Positions 41,270-55,900 of a DNA stretch of 64,000 bases are shown here, piece after piece. The notes under the pieces are model-generated. The model saw only the letters and a program-made list of their open reading frames with translations, was not told the origin of the DNA and made no database searches. The position numbers and the translations under genes were made by a program. The DNA is taken from positions 108,810,001 through 108,874,000 of the forward strand of contig OZ024743.1 of NCBI GenBank assembly GCA_964016885.1, given 5' to 3'. This stretch comes from Eledone cirrhosa (lineage: Eukaryota). Position 1 is the first letter of the stretch. Each line of letters starts with the position of its first letter.

Positions 41270-43125
41270 TCGGGTGTGTATGATTGTGTGTAGAAGATTA
41301 TATTAACAAAAGGAATTCCAACTTTCTCTGATTTACTCGTTTTATTTACAATCTTTAACATTATAATGATATTATAATGAAATAGTATGGTAGAATATTA
41401 AATGTTAAGTGTTAATTGAACAAGTACTTTCATGCTTTCGCAATATTCAGCTTCATATTCAGTGGTGACTGTCAAGTTTGCAATTTTCAACTATAATGAG
41501 ATGGGTAAATTCTGTGCCTTATATACAGTAAAAATGGGCTACAGAATGCCACGTTTGGAAACTGTATTTTGACCAATTGGTGTGTAGTTTCACTATATTA
41601 CTAAAGCTGATTTGTTTTAGGCGTCACAGTTGGTTGAGCATGGCTAACGACTTCTCTTTGACCCTATCCAAGGCATCAATTGTTTTGCTATTTATAGAAA
41701 TGATGAAAATAGCATTTTCTAGGGATTTTATTAAAAAATCGTCAGTAATTATCACCGTCAACATCATTTAAATTATTATTATTATTGTTGTTGTTGTTAG
41801 TGGTGGTAGTCGACATGGTCGTAGGCGTATTCATAGTAGTAGTAATACCTCTACGCATTATTATTGTTCATTTAGCTAGGGTTGCAATTTATCAATAACA
41901 TTATTTTCTTTAATTTTTCTCTTGATTTCACTTGGGCTGTGTAATTTGTAGAATGGAGATATTATAAATGTTTTCTGAACACATGTTGCTAGATGGTTGC
42001 TCAGGGGTATCTGACGGATATGTGGGTCTTTGACTTGCTGTCGGTGCACTCGTGCTCGTTCAGATAGTGCATTTACAGTTTAAACGACATATAGATCTTC
42101 ACAATTCGGGCATTTAATGCAGTAAATCAGTTTTCTGCTTTTGCAGTTCATATTTGCATTTGGGCTGTCTTCTACTAAGAGTCAAAGATCGATCTGTGAT
42201 TAAACTTTTTAATTCATTACTTTGAATAATGATCGGCAGGTTTGCTTTGGCAGTGCTGAAGATATTCTGGTGACATGGGTGAAATGCTAAAGCAGATATC
42301 TAATTTACTGCATTAAATGCCCGAATTGTGAAGAACTATTTGTCGGTAAAACTGGAAATGACCTATCTGAACGATAAATACCCCTGAGTAACCATCTAGC
42401 AACATGGGGTCAGAAAATATTTATAATATTTCCATTCTGCAAATTACACAGCCCAAGTGAAATCAAGAGAAAATTAAAGAAAACATTTTATTGATAAATT
42501 CCAACACAAGCTAAATGAACAAAAATAATGCCTAGGGGCATTACTCCTACTATGACTACGCCTACGACCATGTCGACTACCACCACTAACAACAACAACA
42601 ACAACGACAATAATAATAATAACAGTGATGTAGATGGTGATGATTACTGAAGATCTTTTATAAAAATCCTAGAAAATGCTATTTTCATCATTTCTAAAAA
42701 TAGCAAAACAATTGATGCTTTGGATAGGGTCAAATAGAAGTCGCTAGACATGCTCAAACAACCTTGACGCCTAAACCAATCAGCTTTAGTAATCTAGTGA
42801 ATCTACACATCAATTGGTCGAAATACAGTTTCCAAAAATTGGCATTCTGTAGCCCATTTTTACTGTATATAAGGCACAGAATTTCCCCATCTCATTATAG
42901 ATGAACATTGCAAACTTGACAGTCACCACTGAATATGAAGCTGAATATTGCGAAAGCATGAAAGTACTTGATCAATTAACACTTAACATTTAATATTCTA
43001 CCATACTATTTCATTATAATATCATTATAATTTTAAAGGATTGTAAATAAAACGAGTAAATCAGACAAAGTTGGAATTCCTTTTATTAATATAATCTTCA
43101 ACACATAATCATACACACCCGTGGA

Positions 43126-43130
<5 letters not shown>
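41270..43130. mobile_element. Family C PLE foldback of GIY-YIG/3' end
   Basis: 41270-42135 is the reverse complement of 42295-43120; LIYCIKCPNCEELFVGKTG remnant; matches 45925-46880. Confidence 0.88.
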
Positions 43131-43196
<66 letters not shown>

Positions 43197-46100
43197 CTTT
43201 GTGTCTGCCAACATATCTGGAAAGCAACAAATGAAATCAACAGAATCAGAAGTAATTCTAAAGGATATATCATCGAAATTATCAACACTTATCACGATGA
43301 TTGACACACAATCCTCTATTGTAAAGAAATAGAAAAACAATCTACAGACGGAAAACTTATAACTGAACATATAAACTCCGAAATAAAGAATTTAGCTGAA
43401 ATTATACCAACACTTATCAAAGACACAAGAGAAAGCCTACCACAACCCCCTTGGATGTCAGAACTAAACGAAACAAATGTTGCAAACAAAGCACATCGAA
43501 TAAGAAAAGAAATATGGAAGACATGGAAAAAATGTCTTAACATAAGAAAACAAAACTTCTGGAAAGCATACAAATGCAAAAATATGCCGAAACACATTCG
43601 AAATGGCTCTCTCTAACGGCATCCATACTCTCTCGTCAATACCTAATTACAGAAATTTCAGGAGAACCAGAGGAAGAAACAATACTCCGATGGGAACTTA
43701 CATTGACAAAATTGAGGACCGACATCTCCATTACTTAATGTAAACAATCCTGCTACAAAGCCAAATATGAAGCTATTGATGACCAAATCGAAGTCGAAAT
43801 TTCAAAGCTAACGACTGGTAATATAGCTGAAAAACAAGAGAACTATGGATCAGAGATATCTCAAAAGAAGAAAGCAAATCAAGAAAGATATGGCAGCAGA
43901 AACAATTATTTCTTGACGAATATGCTGCAAATAACGGTAAAAACACTGGAACTCTGAGAAAAAGCATTAAAAGTGGACAATATTGCCAACACAACATTCT
44001 CCAGAACACGTGGCAACACAAACACTCATCTTACCTTGCATCAAAGAAGAACTACGGTAAGGACCATTCATTTTTCTACAAAAACACCCTAACGCACACA
44101 ACATGAACAAAAAGCCCAAACACGATAGATATTCCTTTGACCAGACCATGAGAAGTAGTAGAACCAGGAGATCATTCTCAAGATCTCAACAGAGACTACC
44201 AACAAGGAATGTGGAAACAAAAGGTAGAATAACCAGATCACTCTCAAGATCTCAACAGAGATTACCCACAAGAAACTGGGCGAAAAAACGATCTAAACCT
44301 GAAAGCAAACCTAGGTCATTTTCCCAGATGGTTAAAAATAATGCTAACAAGAAATGGAAAAATAATATACATAATACCAAAAATAGGACAACAAACATAA
44401 CGAAACTAAGTATAATATCACGACCAAAAGTTCAAGCAAACACCAACAGCAATATAAATCATGAACAGAGAAAAATCCATTTTTTAACGTCAGGACAACA
44501 AAAACCGGGAAAAGAAAAACTCCAGGAGGAAACATGCCCCAAATAACTGATCACGTTAATCCTAAAATAATTAATTTATCCAAAAGAGATCTTGACAATG
44601 ATGAAATGCAAATTCTCTCAAAAGGACTGAAATTCACACCGACTCCAACAGTCAACCAACAAGAACTGAAGGAGGATACCCAATAATTCTGTCGTAAATA
44701 ATGACTTGTAGAATTCTTCGCTGATAAAAGTAATGAGAGTGATGAATCACTAGTAAAGAATAAATCAAATTTCACTTCGCCAAAAGGAAGAAATATCTAT
44801 CTCGACCAATACATTGATATCCTGTCTAAATTTCCTCTTACACGTAATATTAATGTTAGGCCAAACATTAACAAATCAGAAATGTCTGCACTTAAACGTA
44901 TACAAAATGATAAAACAATAATAATTAATCAAGCATATAAAGGGGGTGCAATTCTTATAATGGATGCTGAATACTACAAATATTTGGTTGAGGAACAACT
45001 GAAAGACACAACATTCTATCATAAAATACCGTCAAATATAGACCACAACATCATGAAGAAGATCAACAAACTGGCTTCAAAATACTACAACCCACTTACT
45101 GATAAGGAAAGAGATTACATCACTAATTTTGAGACAAAACCCAGCAACCTGTATGGCCTACCGAAAGTTCATAAGTCAAAAGTAATCCAGCTGGCAGTAA
45201 AAGAACAAAACAGTGAGTACATTAAATTAATACACCCAGAAGACTTAAAATTAGACCTATTATATATGGTCCAACATGCCCTCCCCACCATCTAAGCAAT
45301 TTTGTTGACATTATTTTGAAACCACAATGTAGTCACATACCGTTTCATCCGGGATGATATCGACTTCCTGTCCCATCTTCCCAAAACCACGGAAACGAAT
45401 TCACTTCTACTTAGTTTTGATGTGGTATGCCTTTACACCAACATTACGCATGATTTAGGAATAAAGGCGGTTAAATACTGGGTGGATAAACATAGAGAAG
45501 TGATTCCCATCAGATTCACAGCGCCATTTATATTAGACGCAGTCAAACTTATTCTGGAAAACAACACTTTCTTCTTCAATGGAAATAATTACATCCGAAT
45601 TAGAGGCACAGCGATGGGAACGAAGTTTGCTCCCGTTTACGCTAACTCTGTAATGGAATACTTAGAACAACAACTCTACCAAGAAATAGAGCAAAAATAT
45701 AGCACTGACTTTAGAAAGTACATTGAAACGTCTTGGAAGAGATACCTTGACGACTGTTTCATCATCTGAAGAGAATCTATAGATACTCTGGATGGGTTCA
45801 ATATCCTCCTGAATAACCTACATCCATCTCTCCAATTCACAAAAGAGATGAGTAGTACCAATATGTATATGAACACAAAAACGGCAAAAAATATTCCCAA
45901 ATGCAAATCTGAACTGCAAAATCAGAAATCTAATTTTCTGCATTAAATGCCCGAATTGTGAAGAACTATATGTCGGTCAAAATGGATATGCATTATCGGA
46001 ACGTGCACGGGTGCACCAACAGCAAATAAGAGACCCAAATGTCCGTCAGGTACCCCTGAATAAACATCTAGCAACATGGGGTCAGAAAATATTTATAATA

Positions 46101-46284
46101 TCTCCATTCTACAAATTACACAGCCCAAGTGAAATCAAGAGAAAAATTAAAGAACATAATTTTATTGATAAATTCCAACCCCAGCTAAATGAACAATAAT
46201 AATGCTTAGGGGTACTACTCCTATTATGACTACGCCTACGACCATATCCACTACTACCACTATCAACAACAACAACAATAATAA

Positions 46285-46425
46285 TAATTGTTCCTACTTT
46301 AGGCACAAGGACAGAAATTACCCAGTACATTACTGGTACTTTGTTTTATCGACACCGTAAGGATGAAAGGCAAAGTTAACCTCGGCGGGATTTCAACTCA
46401 GACTGTAAAGGGACGTAACTAAGTT
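46285..46425 (-). mobile_element. SINE fragment inserted in family C 3' UTR
   Basis: Reverse strand contains AACTTTGCCTTTCATCCTTACGGTGTCGATAAAACAAAGTACCAG (MetaSINE/octopus SINE-like core, recalled); absent from the copy at ~42620. Confidence 0.75.
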
Positions 46426-46732
46426 ATGTTGATGGTCATGATTGCTGAAGATTTTTTATAAAAACCCTAGAAAATGCTATTTTCATCATTTCTAAAAATA
46501 GCAAAACAATTGATGCTTTGGATAGGGTCAAAGAGAAGTCGTTAGACATACTCAACCAACCGTGACGCCGAAACCAATCAGCTTTAGTAATCTAGTGAAA
46601 CTATACACCGATTGGTTGAAATACAGTTTGCGAAACTTACATTCTGTAGCCCCTTTTTACTGTATATAAGGCACAAAATTTACCCGTCTCATTATAGTTG
46701 AAAATTGCAAACTTGACTGTCACCACTTAATA

Positions 46733-46771
46733 TGAACCTGAAGATTGCGAAAGCATGAAAGTACTTGTTCA
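46733..46771 (+). ncRNA. Minimal hammerhead ribozyme of family C
   Basis: tgaac-CTGAAGA-t-tgc-gaaa-gca-t-GAAA-gtac-TT-gttca. Confidence 0.85.
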
Positions 46772-46872
46772 ATTAACACTTAACATTTAATATTCTACCG
46801 TAATATTTCATTATAATTTTAAAGGATTGTAAATAAAACGAATAAATAAGAACAAAGTTGGAATTCCTTTTA

Positions 46873-47035
<163 letters not shown>

Positions 47036-47084
47036 TCATTCCAGATATGAAGCACTCGGCAGTAAAATGTATCTACACTGTTAT

Positions 47085-47350
47085 ATATATAATAGTAATT
47101 TATTTCGTTATATATATTTCGAGGACACTAATTTATAGTATGCTTTCCTCAGACAAAATACAATATTTGATGTATAAGATAGTAAGATACCTTTAAAATA
47201 GATCTCATACGTTCAACTTAAAATGGGCATGCCCATTTTAAGTTCACCGCATGAGGTCTATCTTCATCAAATATTGTATTTTGTCTGAGAGAGCATACTA
47301 TAAATTAGTATCCTTGATATATATATAACGAAATAAATTATGATGCTATA
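47085..47350. repeat. Spacerless palindrome
   Basis: Centre AACTTAAAATGGGCA|TGCCCATTTTAAGTT at 47229/47230; arms ~120-140 bp. Confidence 0.88.
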
Positions 47351-48163
47351 GTAATATATTTTCCCATATATATCTCAAGGGCATATTGAAAATATCCAGC
47401 CTGGTTACTTCAGGATCCCAAAACAGCTAATTAGTTATGTTCAAATCCATTTTCGAGAGGATTAGCAATGACTATATATATATTCATATATTTATATATA
47501 TAGATATATATATTTGAAAGAAAAGAAAAGAATGACTTCAAATGTTTGATTTAATTTTATAATATTATTATATTATGAGTTGGTAGATGCAGTAAGTTCT
47601 TTGTTAACTTCGGTGGGAAGAATTTTAATGATTCCTGGTTAACTTGGGTTGGAGAACTTTCTCCAATTCGTCTGTCTGTGGCGAATATATCAAAGGTATA
47701 TATTTGAGATTCTAACTCAATAAATACCTTTGAAATATTCGGCTACATTGATTTGTTGAGCTAATTCAAATGTCGAGTAAACCTAGCTGCTATTTTTAGT
47801 GATGTGAGTTTGTGAGACACGCTCAGTCCCGATACCATGTGCGTTATTATATATACGCACACTATTCAGTTTTTTTAATATACTTAGAAGTGACCAGTAT
47901 ACTAATTATTCACCCACTGTTGAACAAGAATCGGTAGTATTCCCCTTCACAATTAATTTTGCGAAAGAGCATAGCCAAACGCCATCTGGGTGATTGGTAG
48001 TTACCACAATTCCGGTTTGTGTTTATTTTCTTGATTTATTTTTAAATTGAGTCTGCCAAACCCTCTTGTCCATAGTTAGTATACTTTTCACCTTAGCGAA
48101 TCTGGTACCAAACGATTTGAACACACATATGTATATATCTGTTTTTATCTTTCTTTTATAATC

Positions 48164-48314
<151 letters not shown>

Positions 48315-48330
48315 GTGTTTATATATATAT

Positions 48331-49577
48331 TAGTTTTGCGCGGTTTTTGATATGAATAAACACACACCAAAGAGACACAATTAGAATATACGAAGGACCC
48401 ACGGAGAAGTATAAGCCCCTCCTAGAACTGGACAAGAAAGGAATTTTCCCATTATACAGGACAAAATCATGGAATAACTTAGAAAGGACTAAACATAATA
48501 TGAGGAAAGCCACCTCATTGTACAACCAGAGATACCAGAGTGTCATGTTCGTGGACGCTACCCATGGAGGGAAATTAGCTAACCAGTGTAGAAAGGTCCT
48601 GAGAAAGACCCACCTAAAGATTAAGGTGGTAGAAAAGCAAGGAAACACCATAAAATCCCTGATCAGCAAAACATACCCTTTTAAGAAAACCCACTGTACT
48701 AATAGGAAATGTATTATATGTAAAGTAAACCCCCGGATAATCTGTAAAACTAGAAATGTAGTCTATAGCATAAGATGTACAGAGAGTACTTGCAGAAACA
48801 TGACCACAACATACATAGGCGAGACAGCTCGTAGCATAGGTGAAAGGATAGACCAACACTGGGGGGAACTAAAAGGAAGAAAAAACGGTTAAGTACTATA
48901 CGAACACGCCTGTCAAAAACATGACGGGAGCATAGACAACAGAAATTAAAATAATATCTAAAAATAGAAATGACCCAGCTTATAGGCAAATCAGAGAGGC
49001 CAGTGAAATAGAACTTAGAAGGCCAAAGCTAAACAGAAAAAAATGATTGGAATAACAACAACACCCAAACAAACCATTCTGACCTAAGAGAAATATAAAT
49101 AAATAAATAAATATATACACAAGCACAATAACAACAACCACATATAAACACAAACTTGTAAACTAAGATAGAATACAATAACCAAAACACAGTCACCCAA
49201 ACGTGAACACACGTCAAACACTATACACACACACACAAACGCATGCGCAGAGAAGAAGACTCAAATAAATAGATAAATAAATAAACAGATTAAATAAAGA
49301 TGGCGTAGACATACAATACAACAGGAGGAACCATAATAGCACCACTGACGATGTTGCAGATGTGCAACGAAGGAATTTTGTTAGACTATATATGTGTGTT
49401 TGTATCTTTATTATATCTGTATTTTTGACCGTTGGTCAGTCAATGGTAAACATTGAGGACCGAATAAAGTATCTGATATAAAAGATACAGAAGCGAAAAC
49501 CAACCAAACAGTGAGTGAGTTCTGTTATTAATTCTGGCAATATTATTACAACAATAAGACCCACCCCAATTATAACA

Positions 49578-49578
<1 letters not shown>
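48331..49578 (+). mobile_element. Family A 3' fragment (GIY-YIG + pLTR) with inverted tail at 5' junction
   Basis: ORF 48500-48892; TAGTTTTGCGCGGTTTTTGATATGAA at 48331 is the reversed tail. Confidence 0.9.
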
Positions 49579-49654
<76 letters not shown>

Positions 49655-49659
49655 CATTT

Positions 49660-50432
49660 TTAGTATATGTTGGTTGTATACCAACACCTCAGTATGCAGT
49701 TTGGAGCACTCGACGAAGTGTGCAGTTTGGTTTGGTTACTCCGGAGTAATGTAAAATAAAATAAAATAAGTCAAATGTTTAAAATTTGGCTTCGTTTATT
49801 ACTGCTATATAAATTTCGGTGACAGCCATCTTCAGGCAGTCCGAAATAATGTGGTAGAGACAAGTACACATTTTTATAGACTTTGGACTGAGGAATGCTA
49901 TCAAAACTGACCAAGGGGAAGTTTGACCTTACAAATCTTTATAACATTGAGATGGGTATAACACACACACACATTTTATTCGATTATTTTATTTTATTTT
50001 GTTACTTTAACCACTTTATCACATTGTTTTTGAGCTGACTCCAACAATAACACCACTACCAACACAAGAATAGAGGTCAGATGTAGCTAACAATAACAAG
50101 AACAGCAACTACAGATTGGCTTGCCTCAGAACGAATTTCTATAGACTGAGTAATGAGAGGAGAAGAGGCCCTTTGACGCTGAAATTCGTTTATTTGAATT
50201 CATATGATTCCAGTTCCACAGTGAAATAACAACCCAACCGGGAACTGGGTGTATCAGAGTATTAACAAAGTTATACACCTCGACAACATGTGTACTCGTC
50301 TCTACCACGCTAGTTCGGACTGCCTGAAGAGGTCACAGCCAAAGATGGCTGTCACCGAAACATATATAGCAGTAATAAACGAAGCTAAATTTTAAATATT
50401 TGACTTATTTATTTTATTTTATTTTATATATA

Positions 50433-50525
<93 letters not shown>

Positions 50526-50688
50526 ATATATAGAATAATTAAGACAAATATGTAAAATTTGGCTTATATTTTACACATTTGACTTAATTATTTTACATTA
50601 CTCCCGAGTAAACCAACATACCTGCGTAATTCGTCGAGTGCTCCAATCTGGATACTGATGAGTCGGTAAACAACCAACATATATATAC

Positions 50689-50692
<4 letters not shown>
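49660..50692. mobile_element. Non-coding foldback element with HHRs; right arm split by (TA)n
   Basis: 49660-49870 inverts 50290-50425 plus 50575-50690. Confidence 0.78.
50319..50373 (+). ncRNA. Hammerhead ribozyme
   Basis: actgc-CTGAAGA-ggtcacagcc-aaagat-ggctgtcacc-GAAA-catata-TA-gcagt. Confidence 0.8.
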
Positions 50693-50754
<62 letters not shown>

Positions 50755-50755
<1 letters not shown>

Positions 50756-51901
50756 TAGCAGAGGTATCCGGCGTTGCTCGGGCATTAAATATCAGTTATG
50801 TATACCATTTATGTCAATACTTCAGTGTTGCTTGGAAAACTATACTTTTACAAAATCATCGGCCTTTTCCAAAAGGGGGTTCCAGTCAATATGTGCCAAT
50901 TCTGAGAGTTCACCTTCATCTGTAGTACAAACGTAGCCCATGTGTCAAGTTTTGTTAAAATCAGTTGCGAACTCCAGAAGTTATGACGCTTTGTTGAATT
51001 GAACTGCAGTGCTTCAATCGATTCTAAGGAAGTGGTCAAAGGGGGTTATCTGCCGGGAGGCACTATAATCAATATCTGGAAAAATTAAAGTGCCCATGAC
51101 CATCCGGAGAACATAAGTAACCTATGTCTTAAGTTTGGTGAAAATACTGTAGAAATGCATAAGGTTCACACACTACGAACACACACGCGCGCGTGTGTGC
51201 CTGTGTATTTGTGTGTGCGTATGTATATGTTCGTGTATATCCGTCAGCGCATACGTATGTACTGGCCTAAATCTTCACTATTTACTTTTACTATTTTAAG
51301 GCAAAGTTAAAATCCCGTCGAGGTTAACTTTGCCTTTCATCCATACGGGGTCGATAAAATAAAGTACCAGTAATGTACTGTGTAATTGCTGGCCTTGTGC
51401 CAAATGTAGAAACAACTATTTTAATAACCTCTGTCATTTTCGTTTACAATTTTATTTACATCATTCTTAAACTCCGGGGCTGGAAATCATTCGGTTATTT
51501 TAAATAGAATATTAGTCTAACGACTCCCTTTACACCATAACCTTGGTCTCGTCTTTGCATGAAATTGTTCTTCTAGATTCACATAAAGACCTATTATCCT
51601 CGCTTTTCTCCGTTCATTACCAGGGAACGTCTTCACCAACCAAAATATCGTCTTCCTGTTTTCCTTCGGTTGCAATATTTCTCGAAATATTTAATTTTGC
51701 GTTTACAGATTGAATTTATTATTTTAAAGAATATCCCGTTAATGTTGAAAGGAGTGATTCTTTGCTTAAACTTTCTTTCCTTCTCACCCGTCTCCCTTTT
51801 TTCTAATGCCCTCTCTCTCTCTCCCTCTCTTTCTCTCTCTCTCTCTCTCACTCATACCCCCTCTCTCTCTTCCTCTACAGAATGGAGAACAATAAAAAAC
51901 G

Positions 51902-51956
<55 letters not shown>

Positions 51957-52911
51957 TTATATATATATGAGTTTGTGTGTGTGTGTGTATGTGTGTGAAC
52001 CAGCGTTCATCGCTATTCTCTCTCTCTATCTGATTATCTTGTACCTCTGTATAACGACCTATCTCACTCTCTCTCTCAACATCTCCCTTTCTCTCTTTAG
52101 ATGTGTATGTATATGTGTGTGTGTGATATATATAGAGAGAGAGCTGTTGCAACATGTATGTAGTTTCATAGATTTTTGAGGGTAGTGAGGATGAAAATAT
52201 AAACAGAGCATATAAATAAATTTACAGTAGAATAACATAACAAATATATTTAAAATATATACATAAATAACATTACAAATGCATTGGTAACACTACACAG
52301 GATGATACAATGAAAGATATATTCCTTCAATGCTACAATATTAAAGAAAATGTAAAGGAAGGGGTGAACAACGGAGCCAACACCAGAGCAAAAGACAGCA
52401 AGGTCACGAGTACTGGGCAACCTCTCTAATGATTTTTGAGGCAAGCCAGCACACTCGCAGCGTTGCCTCGGGTGATGACGAGGCTGATGCGCTGAAATAT
52501 TGTTTTAACAGACTTTTTAATGGAAATGAAGCAAAATGGAAGCTTAATGTTGAAACTTCGAACTTTGAATTTTGCAGGTTAAAATTTTGCTGGCCCGAAA
52601 ACTGTTCGCGTATTTTTGTACGTGTAGTTTGTTCGTAACGTAAATAGATAAACAAATGACGCCATAAACGGGAAATAACTCGTATTTCATCTCTATTTAT
52701 ACATTTGAACTGAAAAATCAATACATTACACATTCGATGTTTGCACTTGGCGTGGGACGATTTGAAACATATTTTGACCGATGTCTCCGCCGGACCTTCA
52801 TCTATAAGTGTAGCAATTTCACCGAAATTTGAACGTACGGTTTAAGAGGAGATGTGTGCCGACCGTTTTAGTAGACAGACAGACATACAACCTCAGTTTT
52901 ATATATATAGA
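50755..52911 (-). mobile_element. Non-autonomous Helitron
   Basis: Minus strand begins TCTATATATATAAAACTGAGG plus (CTGT)n and ends CCCGAGCAACGCCGGATACCTCTG-CTAG|T; first ~240 bp match 59798-60056. Confidence 0.75.
51300..51425 (+). mobile_element. SINE fragment
   Basis: GAGGTTAACTTTGCCTTTCATCCATACGGGGTCGATAAAATAAAGTACCAG; matches 46285-46425. Confidence 0.75.
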
Positions 52912-52914
52912 TAT

Positions 52915-55900
52915 ACCGTTGCTCGGGGCTGCTCAGTAGCTGTGTTAAAGTTACAATGTTAAGTTCCTTTCTTGGTTTAAAAACTGTAGAGTCTACAGTG
53001 TAGACTTTCATGTGGTACTTTTGATTAATATTCCCTCAACCAACAGTATGGCTTATGAAGTTAAGAAAACATAACCATAACCCTATTGTTAAAACAAAAG
53101 AGGATTCTGGGGATGAAAACTGCACTGGTAATCTATTAACAAAAATTGAAAATGTAAACACTGCAACAATTGTCTCAGAGAAAAAAAAAACGCAACCAAA
53201 CTATCAGTTATTTTGAAACAAAGAAATTGGATGGACATGAAAAACAAAATAAAAATGTGTTATCCGAAGTCAAGAAGGCAGGCAGCATAAAAGAGGTTCG
53301 CATCTGTGTTAACAAATATTGACAGGGTAATAGCATAGATGTTTAAGTATAAACTATGAAGAGCTCATAACATACCCATGGTGAGTTTGACGGATTATAG
53401 ACAGCCACAGCATGCGAAATGGACAGCTGCAGCAAAAGCCATATTCACCAAAAAGAATCGCTCAAATCAACAAAACAGAAATGCTGCTTCCATTGCATCT
53501 TCACATGCAATTGAGAATGATGACGAATGTTTACTTCGATGCACCAGAAATGCTGTTGTTGCGTGTTGTCTAGGTCGGAATGCATATTGAAGCAATGAAA
53601 GAAATGACGGGAACAATTTGTGTATGTATGCGCCAAGTTGTGTGTGTCTATGTATTAAACGCCTGACTTTTTAGCGACTGGAATGCGTGCTTAACAATCG
53701 AAAGCATCGATTTCAGAGTCCGCTTTGATTTGCGAGCAATGCTGGTCCTTAGAGGCCTAGGTGTCAATAGAATGCACTGCATCGATATTGAATACAGGTT
53801 TCGTAGACGCTATATATTTAAGGCAGTCGATGTAACATTGCCGTTTTGAAGCAAAAGAAAAAACGTATAAACCTCACGGTATACAATATTCTTTGTTTTT
53901 CCGTTTGGAGCAAAACAAAGAGGTTGTTCCGGCTGCCAACTCGAGAACATCCACCGTAGAATTGTCCATGTGAAAAACATGGCTCCTCCAGGTGAAGTCC
54001 TGCTACAGATAAAGTCTGAACCTGGGAACTGTTGATGGACATAGCAAAGGCAGCAAATTGGGTTCTTTTAAAAGAATAGGGTGCATCCACTCCTGACGTA
54101 GTAATAGTTACCATATGTATTAAAACATCTCCTTTTCCACATCCCGACATAATAGTAGCATAAATAATGTGCTGTGATATCCTATAGACAACAAGGCGTG
54201 TACCATTGCAAAGCTCGGGAGGGGTTATATTCCTGAGAAGTATAACTGGACATCCTTCCTTGAGAGACAAAATATGTTGAGGTAGACCGGGAATATCCAA
54301 TGAATTGAGGAATTCAATGGGATAATTGACCGCATCATGTGCATCAATATTGGTATCAATAGACTTAAAAGTCTTATCATTTCCAGGAAGACTTTCAAGC
54401 ATTTGGCGATTAATGGCGGAGACAATGACATTTGTAGGAGCTAATATAACCCTCTCACACAGCCATGTACGATTGCGGTAATTATCTGCTAAGTTGAGAA
54501 AAGCGGCTGCCTTGAGATCTTCGACAGTGTTAACCAGAGTGCAATGTCTCCATGCACATCTGAAAGTACTTTGCCGTCGCCAAGAACGAGAAAGTCTTCA
54601 GCAAATTTTTCAGACACAGTATCGCTATGCAGTTGAACACGCATGTTAGTGGTCAGACGAAGTGTTGTTACCTGTTGCCACAATGGAGAAGACTTCAGGC
54701 AGGCCCGAACTTGATCCGCTCTGGTGCCCTTTGTAATAACTGGCAAAGTTTGTCAAAAGTCCTCTGGAAGCAAAAGAGTTACCCCCCCCCCCCATGGTCT
54801 CCTGACAGTCTCTAATGTCTTTCAGTGTTCTATCTAAGGCCTCAATAGCTCCTTTGTGAGCCATGATGCATTCATCCCACACAATCAGTTGGCACCGTCG
54901 TAGCAGTTCTGCTCTTGGACTATCCGTGGTGATGTCACAGAGCGATATTTCATCTGATACCAAGTTAAGCAGATGCTTAAAGGTAGAGTGTGCTGTCCTG
55001 CCGCCAGGAAGTAGTGTTGCTGCAATACCGGATGATGCAACGGCTATTGCAATAAATTCATTCTGTCTAACTTTGGCAAGAATAAGTTTATTAACAAAGG
55101 TTTTTCCAGTGCCTCCAGGGGCATCAAGAAAGAAGATACCACCCCATCGATGAAATACATAGTCGGTGATGGTGTTGTATGCAAATTGCTGATCGGGAAG
55201 TAGTTTTGGTTCCATTTCAAACACATATCTAGCCAGAGTGTCGACATCATAAGATGTTTCTTGGATGACGAGAGTTGGAATTTTATTAGAATCAGTGCGG
55301 TGGGTTTGTGGCAGACCGTATGCTGGCAAGGCATTCCCACCCAAAAGGTAAATCCTATCCTCTATGTCTATAAGCACTTTATTGTATAAATCATCACTGA
55401 AATCTACTTCTATGTGAGGAAGTAGTAGTTGAGCCTGGTGTAGGAAGTCCTCAGACAGTTGGTTCCGAAACTTCAACCATAATGTGTAGGGATCACAAAT
55501 GTTACATACGTGAAGAAGCTTTGCAAAGAGTTCTCGTAGGCTTCCAGCTGAATGTGATGAAGTGATCTACGCCAAGGTTGCATCCCATCGTGAGACATCT
55601 TCAAGCATTTCACGAGCCAAACAGGCATCTCTTTATGTAGACCAAACACGATTACCGTAAGTTCTGAGATCCTGAAAACTGGTCGGTCCTTTGACCTCAT
55701 GCAGTAGCATTCGAATATAGAAGCACTCGTGTTGATTTGGAGGAATCGTATACATTCGCCGCAAGCAATTAGTAAATTTGATCCCGGGAACTCCAATAAC
55801 TGGTTGGCCAGTCTTTCTGCGACTCCGTGTTTTTTTTATTTCATGTGTAGTATGATGGCACCTGAGGATACAGCAATGATTTTACGAAGTCATCATATTC

